DNA of 60,180 nucleotides, the filler included, from Hausera hauseri (lineage: Eukaryota), in NCBI GenBank assembly GCA_046269625.1. It is 11 parts of 11 records of this genome, joined end to end, with 100 filler letters (N's around TTAATTAATTAA, not from the genome) between each part and the next. Parts side by side here need not be neighbours in the genome. Positions count along the whole stretch, not along the records: positions 46,225 to 50,657 come from JBJURY010584000.1; positions 50,758 to 55,487 come from JBJURY010458134.1; positions 55,588 to 60,180 come from JBJURY010513682.1; 8 more parts are not named here. One strand, 5' to 3'. The position numbers were made by a program, and so were the translations under genes. Position 1 is the stretch's first letter, and each line of letters begins with the position of its first letter. The notes beneath the pieces were generated by a model. That model was given only the letters and a program-made list of their open reading frames with translations, did no database searches and was not told the origin of the DNA. Positions 48,660 to 60,180 of this stretch are shown here, piece by piece.

Positions 48660-50150
48660 GGACAAGTAGCAATGCTAAAGATCATTATATGTACGATGAG
48701 GCGACGAAATATACATGAAGAATGATGGAACCATGATATTATAGTGGAAGTCATACATCAAGGTCTTGAACAGATCCCATTTTGACATTCCAACATAAAT
48801 TGGCTTGTTGAATTCCAGTGATATTTTCGGCATATGGATACTTATCAGATTTTCTCGATATATAGTGCTGCTGTAGAAATTCGACTTGGCTATGAACTTC
48901 TTTGTCCTTTTCCAATCAAACACTAACTCAATGTTTATCCGGTTCCTGATATTTTCTATCGTTTTGCCAAAAAACACTGTTGTTATATAACTTAAACTGA
49001 TCTTTTTTAAAGTCCTTTTTGGCATTAGCTCTCAACAATGTGTTGAAGTCAATATATGGTTGCAGCTATATGGACTAGCCGAACTTTAGGGCACGATGGA
49101 TCTTGGTGATTTGGAGTCAATTCTTCATAGCCTGCTGCAGATTAATGTAATGGGCTACATATCGTTCTCGATTCTCACAATGGCATAATAAATTTTTGAA
49201 TTTGCCATTCGGTGACTTCTTACTTTCAGTAAGGAAAGGCAGCTGGTCATGCCTTGTGTGGATAGAATGATCGCATTCCACTTACAATATGTAGCCTGTT
49301 TTTCCATTGGAATCAAGGTCTTATATTTTAATGTCTTCAGGATGCTTAACCTATTTGAAGTTATTATATGGCAATGGACACTTATTGCCCATCTATACAA
49401 GTTGTTGGCATCCAAGTATATTATATATGTGGATGGCTTGGATGGATAGTAATCTGATATATACATATTGTTGGCCTCACGATATATCGGTGAATGACCT
49501 GGCAGAATCTTTCACAAATACCTTTCTCGAACATGAGGATCATATTGTAATCTTTCAATATCTATAGTCCAACACCAGTATATCACAGCATAGCTGCCAA
49601 ACTCATTTCTGGAGCGGTAAAGAAATGAGCTGGATTCAACTTATGGCTCTTAAATGTCACTTCCCCAAAACTCTCAAAGACATCGTAACATATTGTTGCG
49701 TTTCTCCATTCATTTTCCGCTTTTAATGATACTATCACAGTTTTACGTTTCATGTTTTTAATTCTGTGTGCCAAACCTTCCAGTCACTCCATGAAAAGCA
49801 CGCTACATTTGGACCACTGAATAAATGTAGCTCCTTGTTCATTCCTTTTGCATACATGAAAAATGATGAGAGCTAATGATGTTGGTATGCTGTCGTATTA
49901 CGTTGTTGTGGATTCGGACTACAAGTCGGAACTGGATTAAGGATGGCCTCAAAGTCACAATACACGGCAACTGGAACTTTGTGCGTTTTCTCATATCCTT
50001 TGAATTTAGTGTAGTCTTCTTTGGGAATTTCGTTCTGATGAAATAATTGCTCTTGTAATACATTTTGTGTGAACAACTGGTGCTGAGGTTATTACAGTAT
50101 TCAATACATTCTGAGAATTTGTATCCTTATGTTCATTAAAAATCATCTTC
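48660..50150 (-). mobile_element. Internally deleted, decayed pPolB
   Basis: VYCDFEAIL, DVFESF...LNPAHFFTAP, YLDANNLY, FFGKTIENIRNRINIELV, FNKPIYVGM; similar to 38340-40770. Confidence 0.9.
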
Positions 50151-50369
50151 TTTGATTCGGTTGTGAAACCACACTAATGAGTTTTATGTTTATTATAAAA
50201 CTACTGATAGTCTGATCTGATCACAATTTCACATTTCGACAGACGAAGAAGTCCAGTCTTTTGAATCTGTATGCATAATATCGCTGCATTGTACTGTGAC
50301 AGTTCTAAGGAATGTGTACACCGGATCTACAATTACTGTACAAATCACATTTTAAATTCAAAAATAAAT

Positions 50370-50657
50370 GCGAGTAGTATAAAAATGCGGGTTCTGGATC
50401 ACACACACCCGCGCCCCTCCCCCGCCCCCCCATGCAGCCAATCCGATGCGTGCTTGATGCGCACACCCGCACGAACGGGTAGAATCGGTGATGTAGGTTC
50501 CAAAAAACACATCGTGCACGGTGCACGGTGCACTGCGGAAGCAGGGGAGATACACGAAAAAAAGCGGATGTTAGAAGGAAGTCATGTGTGGCACATAGAA
50601 ATGATGGGGGGCGGAAGACGCATCGAATGGTGAAGGACCGAAGTCGATGGGGTGTCG
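50370..50657. repeat. GC-richer dispersed repeat upstream of pPolB; second copy inverted at 52140-52340
   Basis: Shared blocks CTTGATGCGCACA, GCGGATGTTAGAAGGAA, GTCATGTGTGG.ACATAGAAATGATGGG, CGCATCGAATGGTGAAGG. Confidence 0.85.
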
Positions 50658-50757
50658 NNNNNNNNNNNNNNNNNNNNNNNNNNNNNNNNNNNNNNNNNNN
50701 NTTAATTAATTAANNNNNNNNNNNNNNNNNNNNNNNNNNNNNNNNNNNNNNNNNNNN

Positions 50758-50960
50758 GACCTTTGCATTCACCTTTCAGCAGCATGTCGAATGCAAATGA
50801 AAGATCGATTCTATTAAACGTGGCAAAGTCTTTTATATCTTCAAGCCACATTGTCGCATCCTGATTGCGACCATCAAAGAATGATGGCTTTGGGGCCAAA
50901 TCATCTTGAGCACTTTGAGGCAGTGACGAAAAATTTTTTCGTCTTTTCTCTGCTTGCTTC
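50758..50960 (-). pseudogene. Retrotransposon Gag-like N-terminal fragment
   Basis: KPSFFDGRNQDATMWLEDIKDFATFN resembles the Gag P..FDG....WL motif. Confidence 0.5.
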
Positions 50961-51099
50961 TCTGTTAACGTACAGATTTCAGATTTCATATCACTGGCGT
51001 GGTCACCAGTAAGAGAACTAAAACACTCCATATCAATTTATTAAACTACCATAACAATCACATTATTTAAGTAAATTATCACATCTTCTAACTGTTGAT

Positions 51100-51420
51100 A
51101 TTGAATATCTGCTTGAATAAACCGTCTGTCATCGAATAAGCTCAGACTTTTCCTTCTTAGTACATTTGTCGTCACGACATGGTCATGTAACACAATTCGC
51201 CGTATATCTGAGAAAAGAGTAGATTGATTGTTAAGGACCGAAATATAATCTTGAAACAAGATATGTTTCTCAAGTCCTCTCTCTGAACACCTTTGGCCCT
51301 TTTGTTAATTCGTCTATCAACATTAAGAGCGTACATTTTCGAACGAAGTCCAACATAAACTAATAATTTTGCTGTTTATTAGTTCCTAAATTTCCCTAAA
51401 ACTTTTATCTTTGACAAGTA
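51100..51420 (-). pseudogene. pPolB C-terminal fragment
   Basis: YVGLRSKMYALNV, KRAKGVQR, RKSLSLFDDRRFI. Confidence 0.85.
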
Positions 51421-52139
51421 AAAGTTTCTGTGAGATATCTTAATTATCTCTCTCTCTCTTTAAAAACTTTAAAATCGCTAAACGCTGTGGGGATGTCTTG
51501 TACAAGCGCGATATTTTTTACATTTTCAGGCCATAAATGCGTCATTTTGGCTTGTAAGATCTATCAAACATAAAGACATCCATAAAACCGAAATAAAAAA
51601 TCTATATTTGTCGAAAGTATTTGTCTAAAACTACATGAAAGTTCATGCCTTCAAAGTTAACATGCACATAGAAAATTGGTTTTCCTTTGCTATACGTTGA
51701 TGGACATGCGTAAAAACTTTCCGACACACATATCTATAATAAGTAACCAACGACCGATAGATTGAATCCGATTATGTCTAATTTCGACGAAATTTTTTCC
51801 AATTTCCAAGGGTCACCCTTTGCCGATTTTCGGGGTTTCCCATCTTTATTCTGTTTTGGAATGGGTCATTTCCATCCGGACAAATTTATCGAAGAGCCAT
51901 TATCATGGGCTTTCGTTTCACGTACTACTCTATTCCGGATTCCATCATCAGTGCACACACATCAGAGTATGTATCGCTATCTTTATACCATGAGTCGCTA
52001 ATTTTCCTTCCGTTCGACTATTCATCGCCCAATTGTTACGGGACCGGTACCATTTCATCAATAAAGTTTCCCAGTTCGCCTTAAACCATATGCCGGTCCT
52101 GGCTCACTTTTTCGACATCGTCCCGTGAAGGTGTGTTAC

Positions 52140-52340
52140 ATCCGATCGATTTCTTTCCTTCACCATTCGATGCGCCCTTGGTATCCCATCATTTCTATGT
52201 ACCACACATGACCATTCATCCTTTCCTTCTAACATCCGCATTTTGGCATCATTCCCCGTACCTGTGTGCGCATCAAGAACGCTTCCTATTAGCTACAGGG
52301 GTAGGGTGAGCGATCCACAACCGGCCTTTCTATACTAATA
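52140..52340. repeat. Inverted, diverged copy of the 50370-50657 repeat
   Basis: CCTTCACCATTCGATGCG, CCCATCATTTCTATGTACCACACATGAC, TTCCTTCTAACATCCGC, TGTGCGCATCAAG. Confidence 0.85.
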
Positions 52341-52630
52341 TTTTTAAATTGGTATGCATATACAACTATTGCGGGATTTACTTTTACCGTTGTAATCACT
52401 AGAAGTCAAACAGGAACAAAAAACTTTTTTGTTCAAGCAAAATTGTTACCTCTCAAGCATTATTCCACTTCTGGGTAAAATACAAAGAATGGACTGAACT
52501 CACTTTCTAAAGTTTAATTGCCTAGTAATTCACTTAATAATTTTCTACAAAAACTATATTGAGCTCACTTAAAACAAAACCAAAAATAGTACTATTGTTA
52601 ACAGTTTATTTACAAGTAGACTCATGTTTA

Positions 52631-55487
52631 TCAAACAGTGTTTATCGGAATTATTGGATGACATGTTTTTTGCTCAGACTCAACCTTTTCGAATATATTA
52701 ATCATTGGTGAACCCTTTGAAGCCTCGATGAGATGAATAAATGAGGTTATCACCTCGATATAACCCATCACGTTGACCTCCAAACAATAGCCAACCCGTC
52801 GCAAATACCGCAGATTCATTAACAGATCATCGATTTTCGGATAATTTGAGCAATGCTGCTCAGGAGATGAATTATTTGTCTGGGAAAATAATTCTTTAAT
52901 ACACACTGGAATGTTCGGTTTCTGATTTTTAAGTTGTGAATAAAATCCAGACAGATATTTCACATGCAACCGAATCAGAGCAACAAGGGACTCCAGCCAA
53001 GTCACTGTACGTTTACTGATAGCCTGAAGTGCTATGCCGTATAAAGTGACCAAATTCGGACACTGTTTCAATAGTTTGTTAAGTTGGGCAATTTCGTTGA
53101 TTGTTGGACGACGACTTCGAGGACGACAAAGGTGACAAAACGAGTTTTCCGGATAATCACTATCCATCAATGGTGTGTTGCAGACACAACACCTTTGCAC
53201 ACCGGTGTGATCCATCGGAGTTTCCATGACGAGACTGTCGACACTGGCTAGTTCGTCAACGATCATCGATTGGTATAGACGCTAAATGGCGAATCGTGTA
53301 GACATCATTGACCAACTATAAATACCTACCATCAGAGAGATCATTTGTGCGTCACTAGGAGCTGCTGATGTCCACAATTGGTGAAATCGTGTGTTGTTTT
53401 GGTTCAGTCTGTCACGGTTTGTGTGCATGTCAACAGAATAATGTCTCGGTAACAGCACTTTCAAGAAATCCTGATCACTGCATCCATATTCACACAAACC
53501 AGTGACGCTGTGTTCCCCGGTACAACCCGTGTACAATAACTTCAATTTGCGAATAGCTCGTGTCATCAACGATAACTGAGCTCGTGCTGAGAGATGTCGT
53601 TGAGTCAAAGTACTAACGTCTTTATCGAGAACACCCTCACTAAACAATGAACTACCCAAATCCAACAGTTCGTTGACATGATCTACATCGACAACTCTAC
53701 CCGGCTTACTCACCAATATTGAGTCAACACACTGACGATACAACCGACATCGAACTTCATCCAATTCTTTCAGACGAACGCCGATTCTTAAGCCACGTTC
53801 GGTTGCTACCTTCAATGTGGACAAAACCTGTGTGGAAATGACTCGTTTCGGTAAACAGATTAGGTCATCGCGCAGCCGGTTCATTTCGCTAACAACGTCA
53901 TACAATGAAGTGAGTGCAGCTTCTAAAGAAGATATAACAGGACGCAAGAATTTCTGTCCTGCATCACCAATCTCGGTGACAGACTCACTAACAGAAGACA
54001 ACAATGACTGGCCATGTTTGACCAATTCCATGAGTGTGCTGTCCCTGACGAGACTCGTAGGTAATGACAGAATACTGCTGCCGCTGTCATAATGGATGGT
54101 TTTGCTGGTCTTGACCGAGTCCTCGCACTCACGAATACGCACCAGCCACTGCAAACATTTGCCCAACAACATTAAACAAGTTCGCTCATCGGTAAATGCT
54201 GTCCAACTGGGAAATAATCTCTTTGCTTCCTCAAAAAGATGTACGACTTTCGGAAGTAGCAGACCAGGATTGGTGAGATTACTACCCATTAATGCATGGC
54301 TATCTGCTCTCCAACGTAACAAACGGTCTACCAGTTGTTCAAATTGACTGCATGGCAAGCATAAGGGAAATCTTATCAGTGTTTGACGCATATGACTAAG
54401 ATTGTCCTCCGTTAGATTAGCCACATTGATGTTCTTTATTTCCACCACACCGTTATCATGCACGCAATCAACAAGAACTGATTTTGGAACCTTCATTATC
54501 CCCTCTGCATCTCCACTTGCACTTGTGGAACCTTCGGCATTCTGCAAAGTACGCATCCAATGTCGACAAACACTGGCCAAATTCTGGCCTCGTTCCAATA
54601 GCGCACGAGCTTTTACGAATTCCTCTGAGCTATCAAATCCGCACTCAGCACCTTCGTTGAGTTTCATCTGAAGCTGATCAAGTGTCCAACGACAATCATT
54701 ATCTTCGGCGACCAATGAAAATTTGGCTTCAGTACAATGTTGCTTGATATCGGTTTCCCATGAGTGGAAATCCTGCAAACGTACTTCCAGCCCATCTAGA
54801 AGGGCTTCCATTTCTGTAATACTAAATCGATACAACAACGTGCATTCTTCTGGCACACAGATAGAGCATATTTCATCAACATGTCGCAAACACACTTGTC
54901 TATGTCGCTTGCATTCATTGTCACCCGCTGTTACCTTCGTCTCATCATTAGGACAGCAACATTGAATCGCCGACAGAAAACATGTAGTTTGACATGAAGC
55001 ACAAGCTCGCTCGTCGTCTGTTAAATTCTCAAAGAGCACTTGTCTTTGCTTCTTCAAATTATATTTAGCCAAGCATGCCCTTCTGGCCTTCTCTTCCTCC
55101 ACGACAATATCAAGTTCTGCATGCACTGTCCGCCGAATGTTAGCGTCCAAACATATATCGATACGATCCATGTTGAGACCAGCCATTAAAGGATATTTGT
55201 GCGACACTTGGTCGTTGGGTAGTGTTTCTTGCTCCAATAACGCAGCTTCCGCTATGGTGCACAGCAATTCCTCGTGTGAAAACACACAATGTCGTTGAAG
55301 TTTAGCGTAATGTTCAACGCAGGATCGTCCCATCGGCAGCCAATTTGCAGGGCAGAAATTTACGGCTTCAGCAAAATTAAAACCCTGGTTAAATCCAGCA
55401 TGGTAAGACCGGGGGAACGTGACAACAAACTGTCCTGCGTGTTGATCAGTGCGATAAATGGGAACACCTTCACGCATTAGAATATTA
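52631..55487 (-). CDS. KDM5: KDM5/JARID1 histone H3K4 demethylase, 3' part (JmjC end, C5HC2 finger, PLU-1-like region, reduced PHD); exons 55487-53330 and 53281-52631
   Basis: QHAGQFVVTFPRSYHAGFNQGFNFAEAVNF; CVFSHEELLC; DDERACASCQTTCFLSA; RSRRP; 48-nt GTAGGT...TTTAG intron (53329-53282) joins the two ORFs in frame. Confidence 0.93.
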
Positions 55488-55739
55488 NNNNNNNNNNNNN
55501 NNNNNNNNNNNNNNNNNNNNNNNNNNNNNNNTTAATTAATTAANNNNNNNNNNNNNNNNNNNNNNNNNNNNNNNNNNNNNNNNNNNNTGCCATTATGTTG
55601 AACCAAATGTTAATGTTGCCGTCCGTTGAAACAGAATCAACGGGGTACATATAATTTCGTGGCTCTATAGTTTCAAATCTCTATAGTTTCATGGGTCAGA
55701 AGACACGAACAGACTGGTTTGACCAAATTCAAAGCAAGA

Positions 55740-56460
55740 TCTGGAAGACCCAGAAAACAACATAGCGGTTTGACAGGCGATGAAATAACGATTTTAACTT
55801 GATTGCTAAGCGTCTCAAGAGGAAACCTCTCATAACATAGGCAATGAGGCAAAAGCAGTTAGAATTCTGCCAAAAGTTCAAAGATTTGTTCAGGAACAAT
55901 GGCGTAGAGTCATATTCAGTAACGAATGCTCCTTCGCATGTGTCAAACCTCAAAACCAGTTTGGCAGAATTCCTCTTATGTCTGACCATTAAATCCATAT
56001 TACACTTNNNNNNNNNNTTACACTTTTAAAACAACAAAGCATCCTGCTTCTGTTATGGTTTGAAGCTACTGTGGATACGAAGGCCGTGGAGCATAAACCT
56101 CTCTTAAACCAAAAACAACGATGATCACCAAATATTATTTGGAAATACGTGAGAAAAAACTTTAACATTTATGGATATTTTGAACTGCAATATTTATTAA
56201 CAGGATTCTGCTCCATGTCATGTATCCAAAGCCTGGAAACAGTCCAGACCTCAATCTGATTGAAAACATGTGGCGAATTGCCAAGAATAAACTGTATTCA
56301 AGAGAATTCAAGAACATTGATGAACTCAAATGTGCTATCACTAATAGTTCGTGCCGGGAAATAACGCCGGAGATCTGCTAGTCATTTACTGATAGCATGC
56401 CCAGGCAAATAAATGCTGTTTTGTTGAACCGAGGATATCCAAGCAAGTATTGTGCTTTAA
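55740..56460 (+). mobile_element. Degraded Tc1-family transposase relic
   Basis: KRLKRKPLIT...KQLEFCQK; VMV*SYCG; PGNSPDLNLIENMW...FKNIDELK...DSMPR. Confidence 0.8.
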
Positions 56461-56638
56461 TGAATATTTTGAGTATTTTGATATGTTTATGTTGTTATAA
56501 TGTGCTATTTTACTTATTCAATAAAAATCAATAAACGTTTCATTTAATTACTGAATTTTTTATGTTTTTAACCAAAACATTCAAAAGATTCAAAAAAAAA
56601 TTACCGTGAGTGTAAACTCATGAGCGATATTGTATATA

Positions 56639-58074
56639 CAGGGTCAGAAGTAACAAGACAAATGGGATAATGAGAATCATTTATGTAGGTAAATAGATAC
56701 CAATATGTTTATATTAAATGTTCAAAACACTTTCCTTTTGCAATGATGCAGGGCTGGAGTCGTTGTACTAGTATCTTGTATTCCTTGACGTAGGTGAAGA
56801 AGATTTAATGGTCGTGTTTCATAAACACGATGTTTCATAAATCCCCATAGAAATAAATACGTTGGGGATAAATCGGGAGATCGAGAAGGCCAAAGAATAG
56901 GACCTCATCGACCAATCCAGTGGTTGGGAAAAGTAGTGTTCAGGAATTGTCTAACATTATGGGCAAAATGGGGAGCAGCACCGTCCTGCTGAAAGAAAAC
57001 TCTGGCCATATTATTATGAAATGCTGTACGCAAGGCAGGTAAAACATGATTTTGTAATAAGTTTAAATAAGCCGCGCCAGTTGTGGTACCTTCAATAAAA
57101 AATGACCAATAATCCCACCGTACCATAATCCAGCCCAAATTATGACACTTTTGGTCCTTTGAGATTTTGATTGATTCATGACATGAGGATTTATATCCGA
57201 CCAGTAATGACAATTATGCCGGTTCACTTGCCCATTTAGAAAGAATCGTGCCTCATCAGAAAAGACTATAAATCGATCATACTGATTATCATGTTCAATA
57301 TTAATTAGGATTTCATTACAAAAATCAAGGCGATTGGCATAATCTTCGTCATTCAATTCCTGAGAGGTAAAGATTTTAAATTGATGGAACTTGTTTTTTT
57401 TTAAATCCTAACAATGGATGACTGACTGACACCTGTTTCCCTTGCTGCTACTCTTGTGGAGATCTTGGGATTAGTAACAAAGGTGGCTCAAATTGCTATA
57501 CTTGTAGCTTCATCTGTAGATGTTCTTGCCCTCCCAAAACGTTTTTTGTCCGCAACATTTCCTGTTGTTTCAAATTTGTTTGCAAGACTTCGAACGGTTT
57601 CCTGAAAAATACGTTTGTCTCGATGAAGGTCAAGGAACTCCGCAGCTGTTCTCCGAGTACTGTTAATTTGATTACGATATTTGCCATAAATGAAAATGAT
57701 TTGAACATGCTCCTGGGTGCTCAAGTGATGTGGCATTTCGTGTGAATTACAAACGTGAAAGTCAAAATAATTGTTTCCCAAAAATCTACAGAGAAAATAT
57801 CACATTCCTAAACTTTAAGTAATGTTTAAGCAGAAAAGTTATGAATTGCCAAACATGCATTAAATACACCACACAGAAATTAACCTACTCGGTCAATAGA
57901 GAAGGATAACCAGAGATCATGACATGCTTTGTCTAGTTTTGATTATTTAATCTGACTAATTTCATGCTTATTTGTTTCTATTTACCTAAATAATTGACCT
58001 ACATAAATGATTCTCATGTAAACCAACCATCTTTTACTTCATCCCATTTGTCTTGTTACTTCTGACTCACCCTG
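56639..58074 (-). mobile_element. Full-length but decayed Tc1/mariner element, DD41D (rosa/Visitor) type, with TIRs and TA flanks
   Basis: TA-CAGGGTCAGAAGTAACAAGACAAATGGGAT ... ATCCCATTTGTCTTGTTACTTCTGACTCACCCTG-TA; FSDEARF, FQQDGAAPH, WPSRSPDLSPT(Y)LFLWG with 41 residues from the second D to the mutated third D. Confidence 0.92.
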
Positions 58075-59021
58075 TATATTAGAATACTTTTACATTTTAA
58101 TATTTTCAAATCTTTTCTACTACATTATCTCATGGAATTACTCACACAGTAGTGCATGAAAATCAATTCTATTTGAACGCAAAGGTTCAAATATATATCT
58201 GGGTTACTATGGTGCTTATCGTATTGTGGAAATCAGGCCAATAGTAGCCTGTCATAGTGAAAGAGTGAATGTAAATTTTGTAAAATTATTTATTCAAAGT
58301 CTGATTTTATTTTGGAGAAAAAAGTGATTGAACTCCAGATTTAATGCGATTTCAGAACTATGAGGAGAACAGACACAAAGAAATGACAACTAGATAATCT
58401 GCAGCTATTGAACAGCGCGGAAACAATTGGGAAAATTTGAAACAAAGAAAACAAAAGGAAGTTATATCAGCAGAAATAATCTAAGTAATTATAAAACAAC
58501 CGATGATGGTTTCCCACAGAATTTTGTTAATATATAATATTCAGTTGAACGCTATTCATTGTTCATTTATTTAAGAAAGGTAAATAGGAAAAAACAATTA
58601 TTTATAGTGTAATTATGGGAATGGTATTCAAAATATCAATTTGTTTATCTCATTCATTTGGATTAAAAATTTTATTTTGAACTTTTCTTCAAACTTTTAA
58701 ATAGTCTTACAGTCATGGGTGCCTCAATAATGGACAATGAGAAACACTTGTCCCCTGGAAAAATTTCTGCCGGTGCCCAAGCATATAGTAGATTCATTGC
58801 TTTATTCAGTGGGTGGTAAACATGTGGCGCAATGAATTGATTCAATTATTGCTTTACGTTTTATGAAGTAATGTTATATACACCAATGTTACACAAACAG
58901 AATATCTACTGTATCAAATTAACATAAATATTGATTTGGAATAATCCTAAGAAATTTCGGTACTTGTTTGTTAATTGCCGACCATTTTTTCAAAGTTTTA
59001 GCATGAAATAACATTTCTGTT

Positions 59022-59790
59022 TTACGCAGGAGGCCTGAAGCGTGCTATATCCTGAAGTATAGTGTCAAACGTATTTAAACCATTCACTTTCAATCTGTTG
59101 CGCCACATGAATTCGCACATGTAAGAGTCCAGCATGTCACAATGAGTGCCGTTATGCTTTTTATTCCTCTCTTTCGCTGCCTTCCATGAACGTTCTATTC
59201 TCTGCGTATTCGCCCCAGTAACTGGGTCCACAAAGTTCACTGAATGATTCACAGTTTGATGTATCGGGCCAGGTAGATTATCTATACCATTATATGCTTG
59301 TCATTGATCCGATATTATTGTGGCACCAGGACAAATTTGATTTTGAATTATTGTTCCTGCCATTCTATCGCCAACTGGAAACATAAAGTATTCATCGCTC
59401 TCACGAAAATTTCTCCAAATACCCACAGCGTTATTTTTGCGACAAGAACAGGCTTTCTTTAATCTCCACCGTCACATTTGGTCTTCCAATAATGCGTTAT
59501 TAATCTGTGTATCGGCACAGACTTCTATTAGGTAATTGTTCCAATCAATTACAGCATTTTTACCTATATCTAATTCTTCTTCGCAAACTTGATGTTCGTC
59601 AACTTATTGTGGTTAGTGTATGAGGAATGAACCAATTCAGAACGTTGTTTGGTCCGTTTTCTGACAAGGAATAAATCAGATGTGTATAATGTATTCTTGA
59701 TTAAATTTGCCGATGGTAGAAATTTTCTTTTGATTTTAAATTCGGTAACCATGAATATTGACTCAAATTGAACTAAACAGCTACACGAAT
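59022..59790 (-). mobile_element. Merlin (IS1595/ISXO2-like) transposase relic
   Basis: IGRPNVTVEI, WVFG, TVNHSVNFVDPVTGANTQRIERSW, LDSYMCEFMWR. Confidence 0.88.
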
Positions 59791-60180
59791 CATTTGAAGT
59801 TCCATTCACTGCACAAATTGACATGGGATTTAATATCAAAGGTCATTGAATAATAACCACCAAAAAGCAAACTTTCCCCAAACTGCACAATTAAATTCTA
59901 TATCGCACAAATTGAAAATTATAACACAAATTCTTCAAAGAAAATGGCCAAAATATTTTTTATTTGAATCGAAAAAAAAGATCAAAACCCATGTATTATT
60001 AAAACAAATTTTTTGTACACTTCAGCACACTACAACCGACACAGCGAAGCAAAGGTCAGCAAATCCGACACGTCACTAACTAGAATTTGTTCTGTTCAAC
60101 TGTAGAAATAACATCATCAGAATGCGTAGAAAAACTGAGACAAAGTTCGTTAAAAATCAATTTTGGTACTTGTTCGTCGG

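Noticed and set aside
50370-52340. Inverted repeat pair as TIRs of one 2-kb element
   Set aside because: The copies are on different contigs separated by a spacer; kept only as a dispersed repeat.

Overview
This window is not one locus. It is 11 unrelated contigs of about 4.4-8.1 kb, joined by 100-nt spacers (N44-TTAATTAATTAA-N44), so adjacency across a spacer means nothing. The DNA is AT-rich and eukaryotic with 40-48 nt introns, and is dominated by decayed mobile elements and pseudogene fragments. Two stretches look like teleost fish DNA (a cux2 exon at 14430-14870 and Tc1/tandem-repeat DNA at about 33350-35564), which suggests a draft genome of a fish parasite with host contamination; that is an inference. 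The main observation is a Ty3/Gypsy retroelement family seen on two contigs (1-8086 and 8187-14329, minus strand) with an unusual order: Gag CCHC knuckle, then a region of about 1200 codons with a ubiquitin-like domain and an AT-hook-like motif, then an internal signal peptide, a chuvirus-like glycoprotein and its TM, then a spacer with PTAP and LYPxxxL late-domain-like motifs, then protease, RT and RNase H. The env-like gene therefore lies between gag and pol. At the junctions I checked, lesions in one copy are intact in the other, which points to a single ancestral Gag-X-Env-Pol polyprotein. The window also holds five decayed protein-primed PolB (Polinton/adintovirus-type) pieces, CsRn1-like Gypsy elements, a complete DD41D Tc1/mariner element with TIRs, Tc1 and Merlin transposase relics, an apparently intact partial KDM5, the 5' exons of UBA2, and decayed kinesin-1, Sec15/EXOC6, IQGAP and myosin fragments. 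All family assignments are by motif recognition from memory; no database searches were run.
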